A stretch of 64,000 nt of DNA from Terriglobia bacterium. Lineage in GTDB: Bacteria; Acidobacteriota; Terriglobia; 20CM-2-55-15. Under the pieces are notes generated by a model. It had not been told where the DNA came from. It did not search any database and worked only from the letters and a program-made list of their open reading frames with translations. Position numbers and translations under genes: made by a program. Positions 33,039 to 44,315 of this stretch are shown here, in pieces (the first letter of the stretch is position 1; every line of letters begins with the position of its first letter). The stretch lies in NCBI GenBank assembly GCA_965198225.1, contig CBDAOY010000009.1:672001-736000 (forward strand). Reading direction: 5' to 3'.

Positions 33039-34671
33039 TCCGGCGGCGACTGCGCCGATATGGAGCGCCCTGAGAACAGCGCCCGCGACACCGGTTCGGG
33101 TGCCGGTCCACTGCGCCGGCTTCATGGGGACATGGCGAAGGCGTCTCACAGCCGCCGTGCCGCCCAGACGACGCGACCGATGACGTGGACCTCATCAGCG
33201 TTGCGTTCGTAGGTGTCGTATTCGGGATTCACCGATTTGATGATCACCTTCGGCGGCTCGGAGTGGGGCGCGTGCTCGATCCGCTTGGCGACCAGACCCA
33301 TCCCGTCCCAGATCACGAAGATGCCGGGCGGGACGGGAATGCGCTGGCCGGCATCGATCAGGATGCGGTCCCCGGCTGACAGCAGCGGCTCCATTGAATC
33401 CCCGTCGATGGCGATCATCCGGAGATCGGCCGGGCGGGCGCGGAATTCGTGCCGGATGACGGGATCGGCGAAGAACCACATCTCCCGGGTTTCCTCGAAC
33501 CCTTCGTTCACAGCCCCCGGCCCCGCCGCGGCGCGGACATCGATCTCTGGAACCGCCACGTAGCCCTCCGGCGGGCTGGCCAGCACGCTGGGCTGCATCA
33601 CTGCTCTTTCTTTGCGGGGAGCCGGCTTCGTACGCGGCTTCCGGGGCGGTGGCGTTGCGTGTTTGAGCTCTTCGGACCGACAGCCGAGATGCGCCGCCAG
33701 CGCGCCGCGGTCGTGCTCGGACAGGATCCTGGGCGTGCCGCGGTAGATGAACTGATGCAGATAGGCCGCGTTGCGGCCCATCGTGAGCGAGGCGTTCTTG
33801 AGGTCGCTGCCGCGGTCCTGGATCAACTGGAGGACCGTGAGCCGCACCGGGTCGAGGCCCCGAATCCTGCGTCTGCCGGAGGTCCGGGCCCGCACGGGCC
33901 TGTCCCGCAGCACCCTCTATCTGCGTATGGCCGAGGGCCGCTTTCCGAAGCCCATCGCACTGGGTGAGCGGGCCGTCGGCTGGATCGAGGCGGAAGTCGA
34001 TGCGTGGTTGCACCGGCAGATCGCGGCCAGCCGCCGTGCGCGTCCTCGGGGAGGACGGACCCCATGAGTGCGGCGCTCGGAACCGCGGCGCTAACGGGGG
34101 CCATGGAATGATCCGGGGCCAGGAGAGGGAGAAAACATGATTCACGAAAGAGAAGAGAACGGCGAGAAATACACATCGGTCGAAACCGAGGATGAATTTT
34201 GGAAGGCGTTAAACCGTGGGAAGACGGTTGAGCTGACCTGGGAACTCGGTGAGCGGATCGGTTTGATGGAAGAGGATGTCGGCACCGTGGAAGAGATTAA
34301 CGCGGCCAGACACGACCGGCATGACTAGAGAAACGGAGGGGCTGCATGGAGAAAAAGACGTTCTGGCAGCGTAGCGAGGACTACGCGAGGAAAGTGAGCG
34401 GGGAGATCATCGAGCAGATCAAGGCGGGGGTTGCGCCGTGGCAGAAGCCGTGGAAGCCGGGGGAGGCGATCAGCGCCGAGAACTTCTCGACGGGCCAGAA
34501 GTACACGGGCGGCAACAGCCTTTATCTCATGAGCCGCGCGATCCGTGACGGACGGGGCGACAACCGTTGGGGCACCTACAACCAGATCCAGGCGGCGGGG
34601 GGACAGGTTCGCAGAGGCGAGAAAGGGACGAGGGTCTTGTTTTTCAAGGACCGGACGGCGCGCGCGTTGAA
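33039..34671. repeat. second, deleted allele of the ICE control module (S24 repressor body, alpA, small ORF, ardC 5' part)
   Basis: 33039-33856 matches 44209-45026 and 33857-about 34671 matches 45413-about 46225; the 386-bp switch region is missing. Confidence 0.92.
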
Positions 34672-34718
34672 TGATGGAACCAGCAATAGCTGTTCCTCCC
34701 GGAGTTGTTTCTTGAGCG

Positions 34719-34829
34719 CATCCTACTCCGATCTCGCTGACCTACAGGGCACCCGAAGAACGCTTCAACGGCCCTGAAAACGTACACCTCCTGGGAATGA
34801 TGAATACGGCGGACCGCTCGCTGGCCATA
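34719..34829 (+). pseudogene. McrB-family GTPase fragment
   Basis: PISLTYRAPEERFNGPENVHLLGMMNTADRSLA contains the McrB MNTADRS signature. Confidence 0.75.
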
Positions 34830-34839
34830 AATTTCGGGA

Positions 34840-34883
34840 GGTGATTATGTACTTGACGCTATAGTGTCAAGTACATAATCACC
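34840..34883. mobile_element. 44-bp palindrome consisting of two IS1595-like ends (micro-MITE)
   Basis: GGTGATTATGTACTTGAC-GCTATAGT-GTCAAGTACATAATCACC with perfect 18-bp arms. Confidence 0.65.
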
Positions 34884-35121
34884 AAAATCTTCATAGGGAT
34901 AGGGAACCATACGGCCTCGCGGGATCGTCGGCTCCACGCATTTAGCGAGCCCTGGCAGTCAACAAACTACCAGCAGGCGTTGCAAGCGATTGCTTAAATC
35001 GTTGGTGGGCTTGGGCTACGGGACTGTCTGAACCGTAAGCGGTGTGATCCTGATCTCGAGCTTCGAGATCCTGATTGCATGGCCGGCCTCGCGCCTGCGT
35101 GGCAGGTATACTTGAAGTGGG

Positions 35122-35400
35122 ATGCAGTTCGAATGGAACCCCGAAAAGGATCAACAGAACCAAGTCAAACACGGTGTCTCGTTCGCGGAAGCATCGACAG
35201 TTTTCGGAGATCAATTTGCATTGACCATCGATGATCCAGAGCACTCAGTGGCAGAGAATCGATTTCTAACAACTGGGTATTCTAATCGTCAGCGGCTCAT
35301 CATTGTCGCGCATACAGACCGCGACGACGGAATACGCCTTATCAATGCCCGAGATGTGACCGCGACAGAACGGAGCGTTTATGAAGAAGACCCGAGATAA
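35122..35400 (+). CDS. BrnT family toxin
   Basis: FEWNPEK...NQVKHGVSFAEA, ENRF, IRLINAR. Confidence 0.9.
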   Translation: MQFEWNPEKDQQNQVKHGVSFAEASTVFGDQFALTIDDPEHSVAENRFLTTGYSNRQRLIIVAHTDRDDGIRLINARDVTATERSVYEEDPR

Positions 35401-35611
35401 GAAACCTGCCGGTGATGAAATGAGACCTGAGTACAACCTCCGAGGCGGTGTCCGGGGTAAATACTACGAGCGCTACAAGCAGGGGAGCAACGTAGTGCTG
35501 CTTGAGCCTGACATGGCAAAATTATTCCAGGACTCGGCGACGGTCAATGAGACGCTTCGTCGCTATCTCTCCGAACACGGAACGCCGCCCGAACGAAAAG
35601 GGACAGGCTAA
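35381..35611 (+). CDS. BrnA-like antitoxin
   Basis: EMRPEYNL.GGVRGKY, VLLEPD...VNETLR; overlaps brnT. Confidence 0.8.
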   Translation: MKKTRDKKPAGDEMRPEYNLRGGVRGKYYERYKQGSNVVLLEPDMAKLFQDSATVNETLRRYLSEHGTPPERKGTG

Positions 35612-35754
35612 CACGACGCTGAAGCTGGCAGTCCGTTGGCTAGTCAGACACGAGAACGAATGTGGCACCGGCACGACGCACCTGGCCACAGGACTGTGAG
35701 TGGACGCTTGCCCGCAGAAGAAGCGCGTGCGCTTCACGACTGTCCAGCGTCAAC

Positions 35755-35914
35755 CATTCTTTCCCTGATAGTTGTCGTCATTGCCATCCCCTTCGCGGCG
35801 TGGATACATGATGGCGAACACCGGCACGCCGAAGGCTTCCGCCTCTCGAACGGTGGTGCTGAGGGTCCTCAGCATGTCCCCCTCATGCCGGCTTGTTACG
35901 TTTACATGTACTGC
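35755..35914 (-). pseudogene. class I aldolase (DhnA-like) internal fragment
   Basis: AVHVNVTSRHEGDMLRTL...EAFGVPVFAIMYPR; cut at the IS4 end. Confidence 0.5.
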
Positions 35915-37130
35915 CACTGATGTCCGGACGTAGAAGGGTTAGAGCCCAGTAAGTGTTTGATTGGGAATGAATAAGTCATGGTTTTGTTTGGTCTCGATTT
36001 GAAACGTTGCTCATCGATTTGCGACCCTGCGAGGAACTCAATCGCGGGAGGCATCGATGAACCTGGGAAAGCTGGTGTTCGCGCAAGTCACACAACATCT
36101 GCCGCTGACAACGTTTCGGCGGTGCGTGGCCCGGTACGCCGGAGAGCGCAAGGTCAAGAGCTTTTCCTGCCTCGATCAATATCTGTGCATGGCGTTCGCT
36201 CAACTGACGTATCGGGAAAGTCTGCGCGACATCGAAGCGTGTCTGCGAGCGCAAGAAAGCAAGCTGTACCACATGGGCATTCAAAGCCGAGTGTCGCGCA
36301 GCACGCTTGCCGATGCCAACGAAGTGCGCGACTGGCGTATCTACGCCGACTTTGCGCAGTCTCTGATCCGTATGGCTCGGCGTTTGTATGCGGACGAACC
36401 GTTTGGAGTCGATCTGAAAGAGACGGTCTACGCCTTGGATGCCAGTACCATCGACTTGTGTCTCTCGGTGTTTTCCTGGGCACCGTTTCGTTCGGCCAAA
36501 GCGGCGATCAAACTGCACACGCTCTTGGACCTGCGCGGCAATATCCCTTCGTTCCTGCACATCAGCGACGGCAAACTTCACGACGTGAATGTTCTGGACC
36601 TGTTGCGGCCCGAACCCGGGGCCTTCTACATCATGGACCGTGCCTACATCGACTTCCGTCGGCTCTACGGTCTTCACCAGGCAGGCAGCTTCTTTGTGGC
36701 GCGCGCCAAGTCCAATCTCAAAGCCCGGCGCCGCTATTCTCATACCGTCGATCGGAATACCGGATTGATCGCCGATCAGACCATCATGCTGACTGGCTTC
36801 TACACGCGTCAACACTTCGGCGCGCCATTGCGCCGCATCCGATTCAAGGATCCCGAAACAGAAAAACGGTTGGTGTTCCTGACCAACAACTTCACGCTGC
36901 CGGCAATCACTATCACCGAGCTTTATCGATGCCGGTGGCAGGTCGAGCTGTTCTTCAAATGGATCAAGCAGCATCTTCGTATCAAAGTTTTCTTTGGGAC
37001 TTCCGAGAACGCAGTCAAAACTCAAGTGTGGATCGCTGTCTCCATTTACCTGCTGGTCGCTATCGTGAAAAAACGACTCCACATCACAGCCAGCTTGTAT
37101 GAAATGCTACAGATTCTGAGCCTGACCATG
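35915..37130 (+). mobile_element. IS4-family element (DUF4372 + DDE transposase from 36057), 3'-truncated
   Basis: End motif CACTGATGTCCGG; MAFAQLTYRESLRDIE, MDRAYID, YRCRWQVELFFKWIKQ; fused after LQILSLT. Confidence 0.9.
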
Positions 37131-38242
37131 CCGTTTCGTATCGGTTGGCGGGCAACGGCTGTAAGGCCGGTCGGTCGAGCCGTTCAAACAGCTCTTTCCG
37201 GGATGCCCGGAGTTGTTGCATCGGCTTCTGGTTCAGCTCCACCAGCCACTCGCCGATGGCCGTGTTCAACGCCCCCAGACTGAAGAAGGTGCGATTGCGA
37301 AGCCGCGCCAGGATCCAGCGCTGGGCGATGAGGACCCCAGCCTCGACTTTCGCCTTATCCCGGGCCTTTGTAGGGTCGGGCCGGAATGACCACGGCCCCG
37401 TAGTGAGAGGCGGCCTCCTGATAGGTGCGGTGGATGCCCGGTTCGTACCGGCAGGGCACGGTCACGCCGCTCTTGAGTTGGTCCGGGACCCAGATCCGGG
37501 CTGAGCCGCCGAAGAACTCCACCATGCGGTTGTGCGCGCCGATCCAATCGGGGAGTTGTTGGCTCGGCAATGCCTCGGCATAGGTGTAGTTGCTGGCGCC
37601 CAGCACGGCCACGAACAGCTCTGCGGCCACGGCGTCACCGGTCCGAGGGTTCCTCCAGTGCGGCCGTTTCCCGGAGAAGTCGATGAAAATCTTCTCCCCG
37701 GCCCGATGCACCTGCCGCATGGAGGGCTTCAGTGTCTTGGCCCAGTTCCGGTAGATCTCACAGAACCGGCTGTACCCGTATCCGTCCGGATGGGTTTCCC
37801 GGTACTCTTCCCAGAGCAGATGCAGGGTGACGCCGACCCGCTTCAACTCCTGGTGGATGTGCCCCAGATCCGGCCGCACGCGGGCTCGAGAACTCGATCC
37901 CGCCGGCGGAAACAACCGCCCTTCCAGCGCCATATCGTCCAGGGCCTCGGGCAGAGGCCATTCCAGCCCCGCCCGCCGGGCGCGTCCCAGATACTCGGAA
38001 ACGGTTCCCAGGCCCACCCGGCAGGCGCCGGCGATGGCCCGATGGCTGAGTTGCTGCTCGTACTTGAGTCGTAGAATCTCGCGTATGTCTCTCATCGGTA
38101 GTCGTTTCGTTGCCATCAAATCCTCCTCTGCGTGCAGGAGAACCCAGCGGCTCTAAACTTCGCTACCGACAAGTGTTCACGATCGTCGGAATCCGCGTTC
38201 AGGATGCTCGGAATCCGTGTTCAGGATGGAGTGGAATACGCA
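37130..38242 (-). mobile_element. istA: IS21-family element: left end + frameshifted, truncated istA
   Basis: Terminal TGCGTATTCC with repeated GTTCAGGATG..GGAAT units (38173-38242); [24 protein letters not shown]; frameshift at about 37368; no istB. Confidence 0.9.
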
Positions 38243-38390
38243 CCTTTCCACACTCGACGTTCAGATCAGGTCCCGAAAGTCCGACAGGCTGCTAGTGGAT
38301 TACTTGCAGATGGGGTTACGGTAGCATCGATGACCCGACGACGACTTGAAGCGGGCCATTTGCGGAGGTTATTGAAGTGGAGGCAGCGGA

Positions 38391-38644
38391 ATGGAATATT
38401 TCTCTATAACCAAGACAGATGCAGGAATCCAGATCGAGGGTTTTCCCGACGCGGCAAAGGTCATTCGGATAGATGGATCTCAAACGAAGCGACTTGCAGC
38501 ATTGTTTCTGCACGAAACCGATCTGGCGTTTGCCGCTGAATGTTTGGAGATGATAAATCAGGTGCCGGATGAACCGCCCGTTTTCAGACAAATGCTGTGG
38601 TGGGCTGCAATCTTTCACTACATAAAATGCTTCGGCAGATCGGC
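38391..38644 (+). pseudogene. hypothetical protein fragment (HEPN-like helical domain possible)
   Basis: GGAGG RBS and ATG; LWWAAIFHYIKCF, then runs into AT-rich non-coding DNA. Confidence 0.35.
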
Positions 38645-38939
38645 CACCCTCTCCGTTTTTATTTATTTTAAACCATTCTATGTCAATTAGATAAAATTAA
38701 AATATCGACTCCGCCCCTCATTTAGACCCACTTTTTTTATTAGATCTTACTCGACCCCTTTGGACATCGAACAGACCTGATCGGGCCGTGTGGGGCTACA
38801 GTCTTGCAGTAGCCATGCCGATGGGTCCGTATTGAGGCCGACGCGTTTCTGCGTGTCCGAAAGATCGGGGGATGGGGTGCGATCTCGATCGCATGGAATG
38901 CTTGCCAATCCGCATACGCCGCCGCGTTGGCCTCGACAT

Positions 38940-38991
38940 CGGAAGACCCCAGGTCCGCGAACACGTTACCGCTACCACGTTCGAACTTCAT
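38940..38991 (-). pseudogene. XRE-family HTH antitoxin N-terminal fragment
   Basis: MKFERGSGNVFADLG signature followed by unrelated sequence. Confidence 0.5.
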
Positions 38992-39039
38992 TGATGATCT
39001 TCAGCGGCCGGCCTGTCGTGTGTTCGCCTTGGCTCACTG

Positions 39040-39346
39040 GCTCCCGTGGATAGTCCGAGGTCTCGCTCAAGGTCCTCAATGTCGTATTGGGCAGACACCT
39101 TTCTGGCGCGGGCATAGTCCATCATCTCCCACATAGACACTCCGGCATTTCGAGCTGCCCGTGCGAGCGTGAGCTTTCCATCACCTTACTGCCGGACGTA
39201 GTGCTCCAACTTCCATTGCTGCATCGCTTGCGAGAGCATCTACGCACAGTGGTTGAGCGATCAGACTGCTCAATATCCCCGATAAGCTCCAGTTCACGCA
39301 CCAATTCCGGGGAGAGCCGGGCACCCACCATCTGTTCTTTCTTCAT
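39040..39346 (-). pseudogene. UPF0175-family antitoxin, frameshifted
   Basis: GKLSLARAARNAGVSMWEM and QYDIEDLERDL lie in shifted frames. Confidence 0.6.
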
Positions 39347-39700
39347 CTCTTCGCCTCCCGCGCGAGTCTTAATATTTCCGCTACGACGGCTGGGGAGATC
39401 CACAAGATTTGAGTAAGATTCCGAAGCGTGACCTCCAATTCTCCCAAGTCAAGGTGTTTTCGCAAGTACGCTTCCAACAACGTACCCGCGGTACCCAAGT
39501 GTTCTATTCTGGAAGCCGCGGCCACGCTCCGGGCCTCCTTGTCGTCTACAATCAGTCGGAGGTGCCTCACTCTCGCGAGTGCGACGGCTTCGGCTTCCTC
39601 TGGTCCAGCCGGGAGCGTTCCGTCAGACGTTGCATCAGGTGTACGTCGTCAGAGTAATTCGGATCTCTTCCCATACGTTCTCGGTCGCGTCGCATGAAGA
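39343..39700 (-). pseudogene. DUF3368 PIN-domain toxin remnant
   Basis: EAEAVALAR...LIVDDKEAR...GTAGTLLEAY. Confidence 0.65.
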
Positions 39701-39754
39701 GCCACCTGCTGCTCGGGTCCTCATGGATTTCTGTAACAGCTTCGGCTGGCTTCA

Positions 39755-42700
39755 TCAGCGTAGAGGCCTCTTCTTATTGGCTGCGAGCCACGCATCAATA
39801 GTTTGATTGGCTGCAGTTTCTCCTAGTACATTCAGTCCGAAGATGCGAGGCAGTACCTTTTTCAAGGCCAGTATTCCAACGAACCCGTCCTTCTTATTGG
39901 ACAAGTGATCCAGCATTCGAAGCGTAACTGCGTTTTCTGGATCGAGAAGCAGCTCTTCCTTGTAAAGCAGCGGTAAAAATGCCGCCGCAAACTGGACGGC
40001 CGTTTTGATATCGATAGAATCATGTTCCAGCGATGCGAGTGCTTGGGCAAACGGCCATTCATCCACCTTCCAGCGTGCCAAATCTCCCGCATACCTTAAG
40101 ATTTGAGGATTCATGCTGGTGAAAAAGTATCCGAATCCCACCAGTCTTGCGCTGACATCAAAGTACACTTCCGGCTCCATAGCTCCGGAGTCAGCCTTTG
40201 CCCCAACAACCACTTGCGTCCACACGCGCTTGACTCCGTATTCCTGGCGTGCGAGGACCGCTTGAATATGGTCATCGGTCCAAAGAACCGTTCTGGGAAC
40301 CGAAGCAAGCACAATGGACTCAGCCCCGTGCTGGCCAAACGCCTTAATTAGTGTGTTCCGTTCTTCTGGTTCCATAGCTGCCAGCGCTGTACTGGGAGTG
40401 ATTCTGCACTTTTTCTCGATTACGCTAATTAGCTCACTGACTTTCTCTATATACTTGCGGCTTTTTTCGGGCGAGTTCTCGACCATCTGAAATCCACTTT
40501 CGCTCTTCACTAAAACGCCACTTTCTCTGCTTTCCAATCTCACTTGGGTCGCGAACATCTGGCGCAACTTACTGACTGTGCTTTGAGACACAATGATGTC
40601 GCCAGACCATGCATCAAGGATTTCCAGGCGGTCCAGGAGGAACAACGAGCCAATCGCGCTCATCTCCAGAACAACGGTATTGCTGGAGCGCAGAGCACGC
40701 GCGGCCTCCGTTCGCTCGTCTGTAGAACCAGTACAACACCTGACAGAAACATCCGATTGGAACGCTAGGTGCTGCATGGCTTCGAACACGTTCGTTCCCA
40801 AATGCTCGGCCACAATATGAACAGGTACCGGCTGCGACTCATAAAGCTGATTTGTTTTGACGACATCCTCAAACCGCTGGTCGACCGATCGCTGGATTAC
40901 ACTGAAGTCTAGGTTCTCCAGACCTGACTCGTCTACTTTCGCTCCAATGTTGACCATCTGGATGTCACGAGTTCCAGGAAAACGGACCTGCCATTGCCCC
41001 ATGCAGTCTTGGTAACGGTAGACATATTTGCTGAGAATCTCTTTTATTTCAGCCGTGCGATCCTGCACCCCTTCGGCCAGAATGAACTGTTCGCCAACTT
41101 TCTTGCCGAGCATCTGTTGGCAGGTTGGATGGTCCAACGCAAACTCGTTCAGCCTTGCGTCCGGATTCTCCGAATCCTCAATGATGATCCATCGATACGT
41201 TTGCTCCCTATTCTCGAGATAGCAGACCGCAGCACCGACTTCAGCTATCTCGGGCTTCGAGATTTCAGGATCAGGATTAAAGGGAGCGAGTGCTGCAAGA
41301 AACGTCCTGTGTGCCCAGATATCGTCGAAGTGCCGCCGCAAAAGTTCGTATGCATATCGGACTGCTTGCATTGGATCTGTACACCGCAACACCTGAACGG
41401 CCAGAAGTCCGGTCCGAGGATCTACCTCGTCAACCGAAGGTAAACGTGAAGGGTCCCTTTCGATAAGCTCAGACCGATCAAGTTGAAGTCCCAGGAGTGA
41501 GAGGCGGAGAGTCAGCTTAGGATCGCCAGATACAGCAATCTGCTGCTTCAGAAGCTCTATCGCCGACTCGTTGTCGTATATTTCCAGCAGTTCCAGTTCA
41601 TATTCCAGCGTTTCCCTGTCAACCACGCCCGCCTCCCGTAGAGTACGGAAGGTCGCCAACATTATGTCGTGCCGCTCCAGTCTGCTGGCACACTCCAGCA
41701 ACCGACGCGTATCAGTGTTCAACACCGAGGGCACAGCCACGCGTTGCCACAAAGCCAGTGCATCCTTGTAGCGTCCTAGTTCGGATAATTCCACTGCCAG
41801 TCTTCTAATATCGTGAAGAGAGGTATTCTCAGAAAGTGTTTCCCGGGCCTGATCCGCACTCGACGATGCCTTCTCCGAATCGCCAGCAAGCCGATGGAAT
41901 TTAGCCCACAGAGTCGACATTCCAACCTTGGACACAGTATCCGCTGGCAGTTCGTTGAGGAGCGAGTGCCCTCTCCCGCATGAATTCGACTGTCTTTGCT
42001 AAAAGCATCTAAACCGACTTCAATTACGTGCTCCCTGAAATCCGGCGTCATGTCGTCTCGTTCTTTTGCCAGCGCCCTGCACAGTTCTGATGCGTCTCGG
42101 TAGTCGCCAGAACTCCCACGTTCCATCAAAAGCGTCGCAAGCATCATCTGAGCGTTGGAATGCATGCTTGCTGTTGGCACGCGCCGCAGGATTTCAATCG
42201 CGCCCCGCGCATCACCCCGGAGCCAGTGGGACTGAGCATACGCAATCAGCACATTGGGGTTTTCGGGAAGCAGTCGAAACGCTTCATCGATATCCGCGCA
42301 TGCCTCCTCTTCCAAGCCGAGGAAAATATTGATCCCGCTCCGGTTAAGAAGAGCTTCTACGAGTCGTATGCTAGACTTCTCCGTCCTAGCGTGCGAGACA
42401 GCCGTAGAAAATGAAGCTTGAGCCTCCAAGGTCTTCGCTCTATCGTAGTAGTCATTGTTAAAGCCATATGCCATCCAGCTTTGACTTTTTTCCTGTTCAA
42501 AAATAACTACGCCGAGTGCGCTCCACGTGACTGACCATGTTGGACTTGATTTTGTGGCCGCGCGGGCGTACTTTTCGGCCGTTACGAGATCCCCGCCGTC
42601 CATTGCTCTAAACGCTAAGGAGACCGCAGCCTCGCCCTCCACGGCGACGTTGGTCGGTATTGCGGCCTCCAGATCACTAAACGTCATCGTGTCTGGGGCG

Positions 42701-43587
42701 TTCCGTACCCATATCCCGAATAGCCGCTCAGATGTTGGGTGCTTTTCCCTCAACTTGTCAGCGACGGTGAACGCTTTGTCACGCTCACCGAAAATCTGGT
42801 GAGCCAGCGCCTCGTTCACCCGTGCCTTCTCATCGTCCGGCTGGCAGATCTTTGCTTCTAGAAACAACTCAGCTGATCGCTTCCAGTCATCTTGGCCCAT
42901 AGCCACTACAGCCAGACAGGTCAGCAGCCGAAATCTATGCCGCTCTGTAAGTTGCGACCAGCGCCGAGTGCGCATTCGCTGAAGCAGCAGTTTGGCCAAC
43001 TGATAATCGCGACTATCTATGCGGTCTTGAGCCTCGTCTATCTCTTGGTGAAACTGGTCTTCCCTTTCCTCTGCAGGTCGGGTCTCCAAACGCACTTCGA
43101 TATTATTGAGTTGCATTCCTATCTGGGCGACGGACCTTGCAGATAGTCCGCCCTCATATCCATCCCGAACTGCCGGATATTGATCAAGCAGTTCCTCGAT
43201 GCGATTCCATGTCATTAACTGGACTTCAAATAAGCGTTCTTGTCGGTGTCGGCGGTTAATCGCCATTACCGTCTTATGTGCATCCCTGTTTCCCTTCGCG
43301 GTTGTAAGAATTACGTAGAGATCGAGTGGCGGTGTGAATTCTCGAGCCTTGGCAACTTCATCTTCGATCTCTCTGGATGTAATTGGCTTGCTGTCCTTGT
43401 GTAGTTTGCATTGGGCAGCCCGTAGCGGCTCCTTCCCACTGAGGTCTATGATGTCTATCCCTTCTTGGGCGCCACCAGGTGTCGAATACCTCTCGAGTTG
43501 ATCACATTCCCAGTGGGCTCTCAGTAGGTTTGCAGAGAGGATCTCGAAATCCTCTGGATTAGTCGGTTTGGGATGACTCTTTCGCAT
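39755..43587 (-). CDS. restriction-endonuclease-like + TPR + GreA/B-C-like + PIN defence protein (one frameshift at about 41970)
   Basis: N-terminal DFE...QEGIDI...AAQCK (PD-(D/E)xK); TPR helices; DHPTCQQMLGKKVGE (GreA/B C-terminal-like); VVLEMSA...LWTDD (PIN). Confidence 0.75.
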
Positions 43588-43746
43588 ATTTCGTTCCTCG
43601 CTGGATGCACTGAGTGGACTTACCCCGCCTTCGTGGACAGTTTCATAGTTGGGTTTCAAGTTTTGACTTGAAAGCGCTGCTCGTAGCGGGCCGGTGACAG
43701 ATAGTTCAGTAACGAATGCCGGCGCTGGGAATTGTACCGAATCGAC

Positions 43747-43990
43747 GAAGCTGTCCCGAACGTAGTTGAAACTTTCGATGGCGGTTCGGGTCATCAGTTA
43801 AGCCACCTTGGCTTTGTCGTCGCCGGTGACCGCGTCATTGAGCTTGGCCTGAAGCATCCAGAGATCACGATAGCCCTGGATTCGATGGAAGCCCTTTTCG
43901 GTAGCCAGGAAAGCCGAGGCGGCCCATCGTAGCACCATCTGGCCGTTCCGCCATCGACCGACCCGACGGGTTCGGATACGGATTCCGGAG
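43747..43990 (-). mobile_element. IS256-family transposase C-terminal remnant with terminal repeat
   Basis: RVGRWRNGQMVLRWAASAFLATEKGFHRIQGY; end motif GCTGTCCCGAACGTAGTTGAAA. Confidence 0.7.
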
Positions 43991-44024
43991 TAGTGTTGAG
44001 AGGCATTGTGGAAATGGCTGTCAG

Positions 44025-44099
44025 GAGCCGTATGAACCGAGAGGTTCACGTACGGAGTCTGTGGGGGACTGGAGGTGCGATTCCTCCGGTCTACCCGGC
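44025..44099 (+). ncRNA. group II intron 3' remnant (domains V and VI)
   Basis: GAGCCGTATGAACCGAGAGGTTCACGTACGG (DV); ACTGGAGG-TGCGATT-CCTCCGGT-CTACCCGGC (DVI and 3' end); no RT upstream. Confidence 0.85.
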
Positions 44100-44315
44100 G
44101 GTGTGTACGGCCATGTGGGCTCGTTCTCTTGCGGTTCCAAAACGTCTACGGGGCACTGTCAACTTAACGAGCCCGAGCCAGCCAGAGGGCGTGTTGATAA
44201 GAAATCAGTCCGGCGGCGACTGCGCCGATATGGAGCGCCCTGAGAACAGCGCCCGCGACACCGGTTCGGGTGCCGGTCCACTGCGCCGGCTTCATGGGGA
44301 CATGGCGAAGGCGTC

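Noticed and set aside
35976-37102. Overlapping 368-aa and 374-aa ORFs
   Set aside because: Antisense and alternative frames of the IS4 transposase
19462-44099. DGR or retron (Avd-like remnant plus intron RNA)
   Set aside because: No reverse transcriptase, and differences between duplicated segments are not adenine-specific
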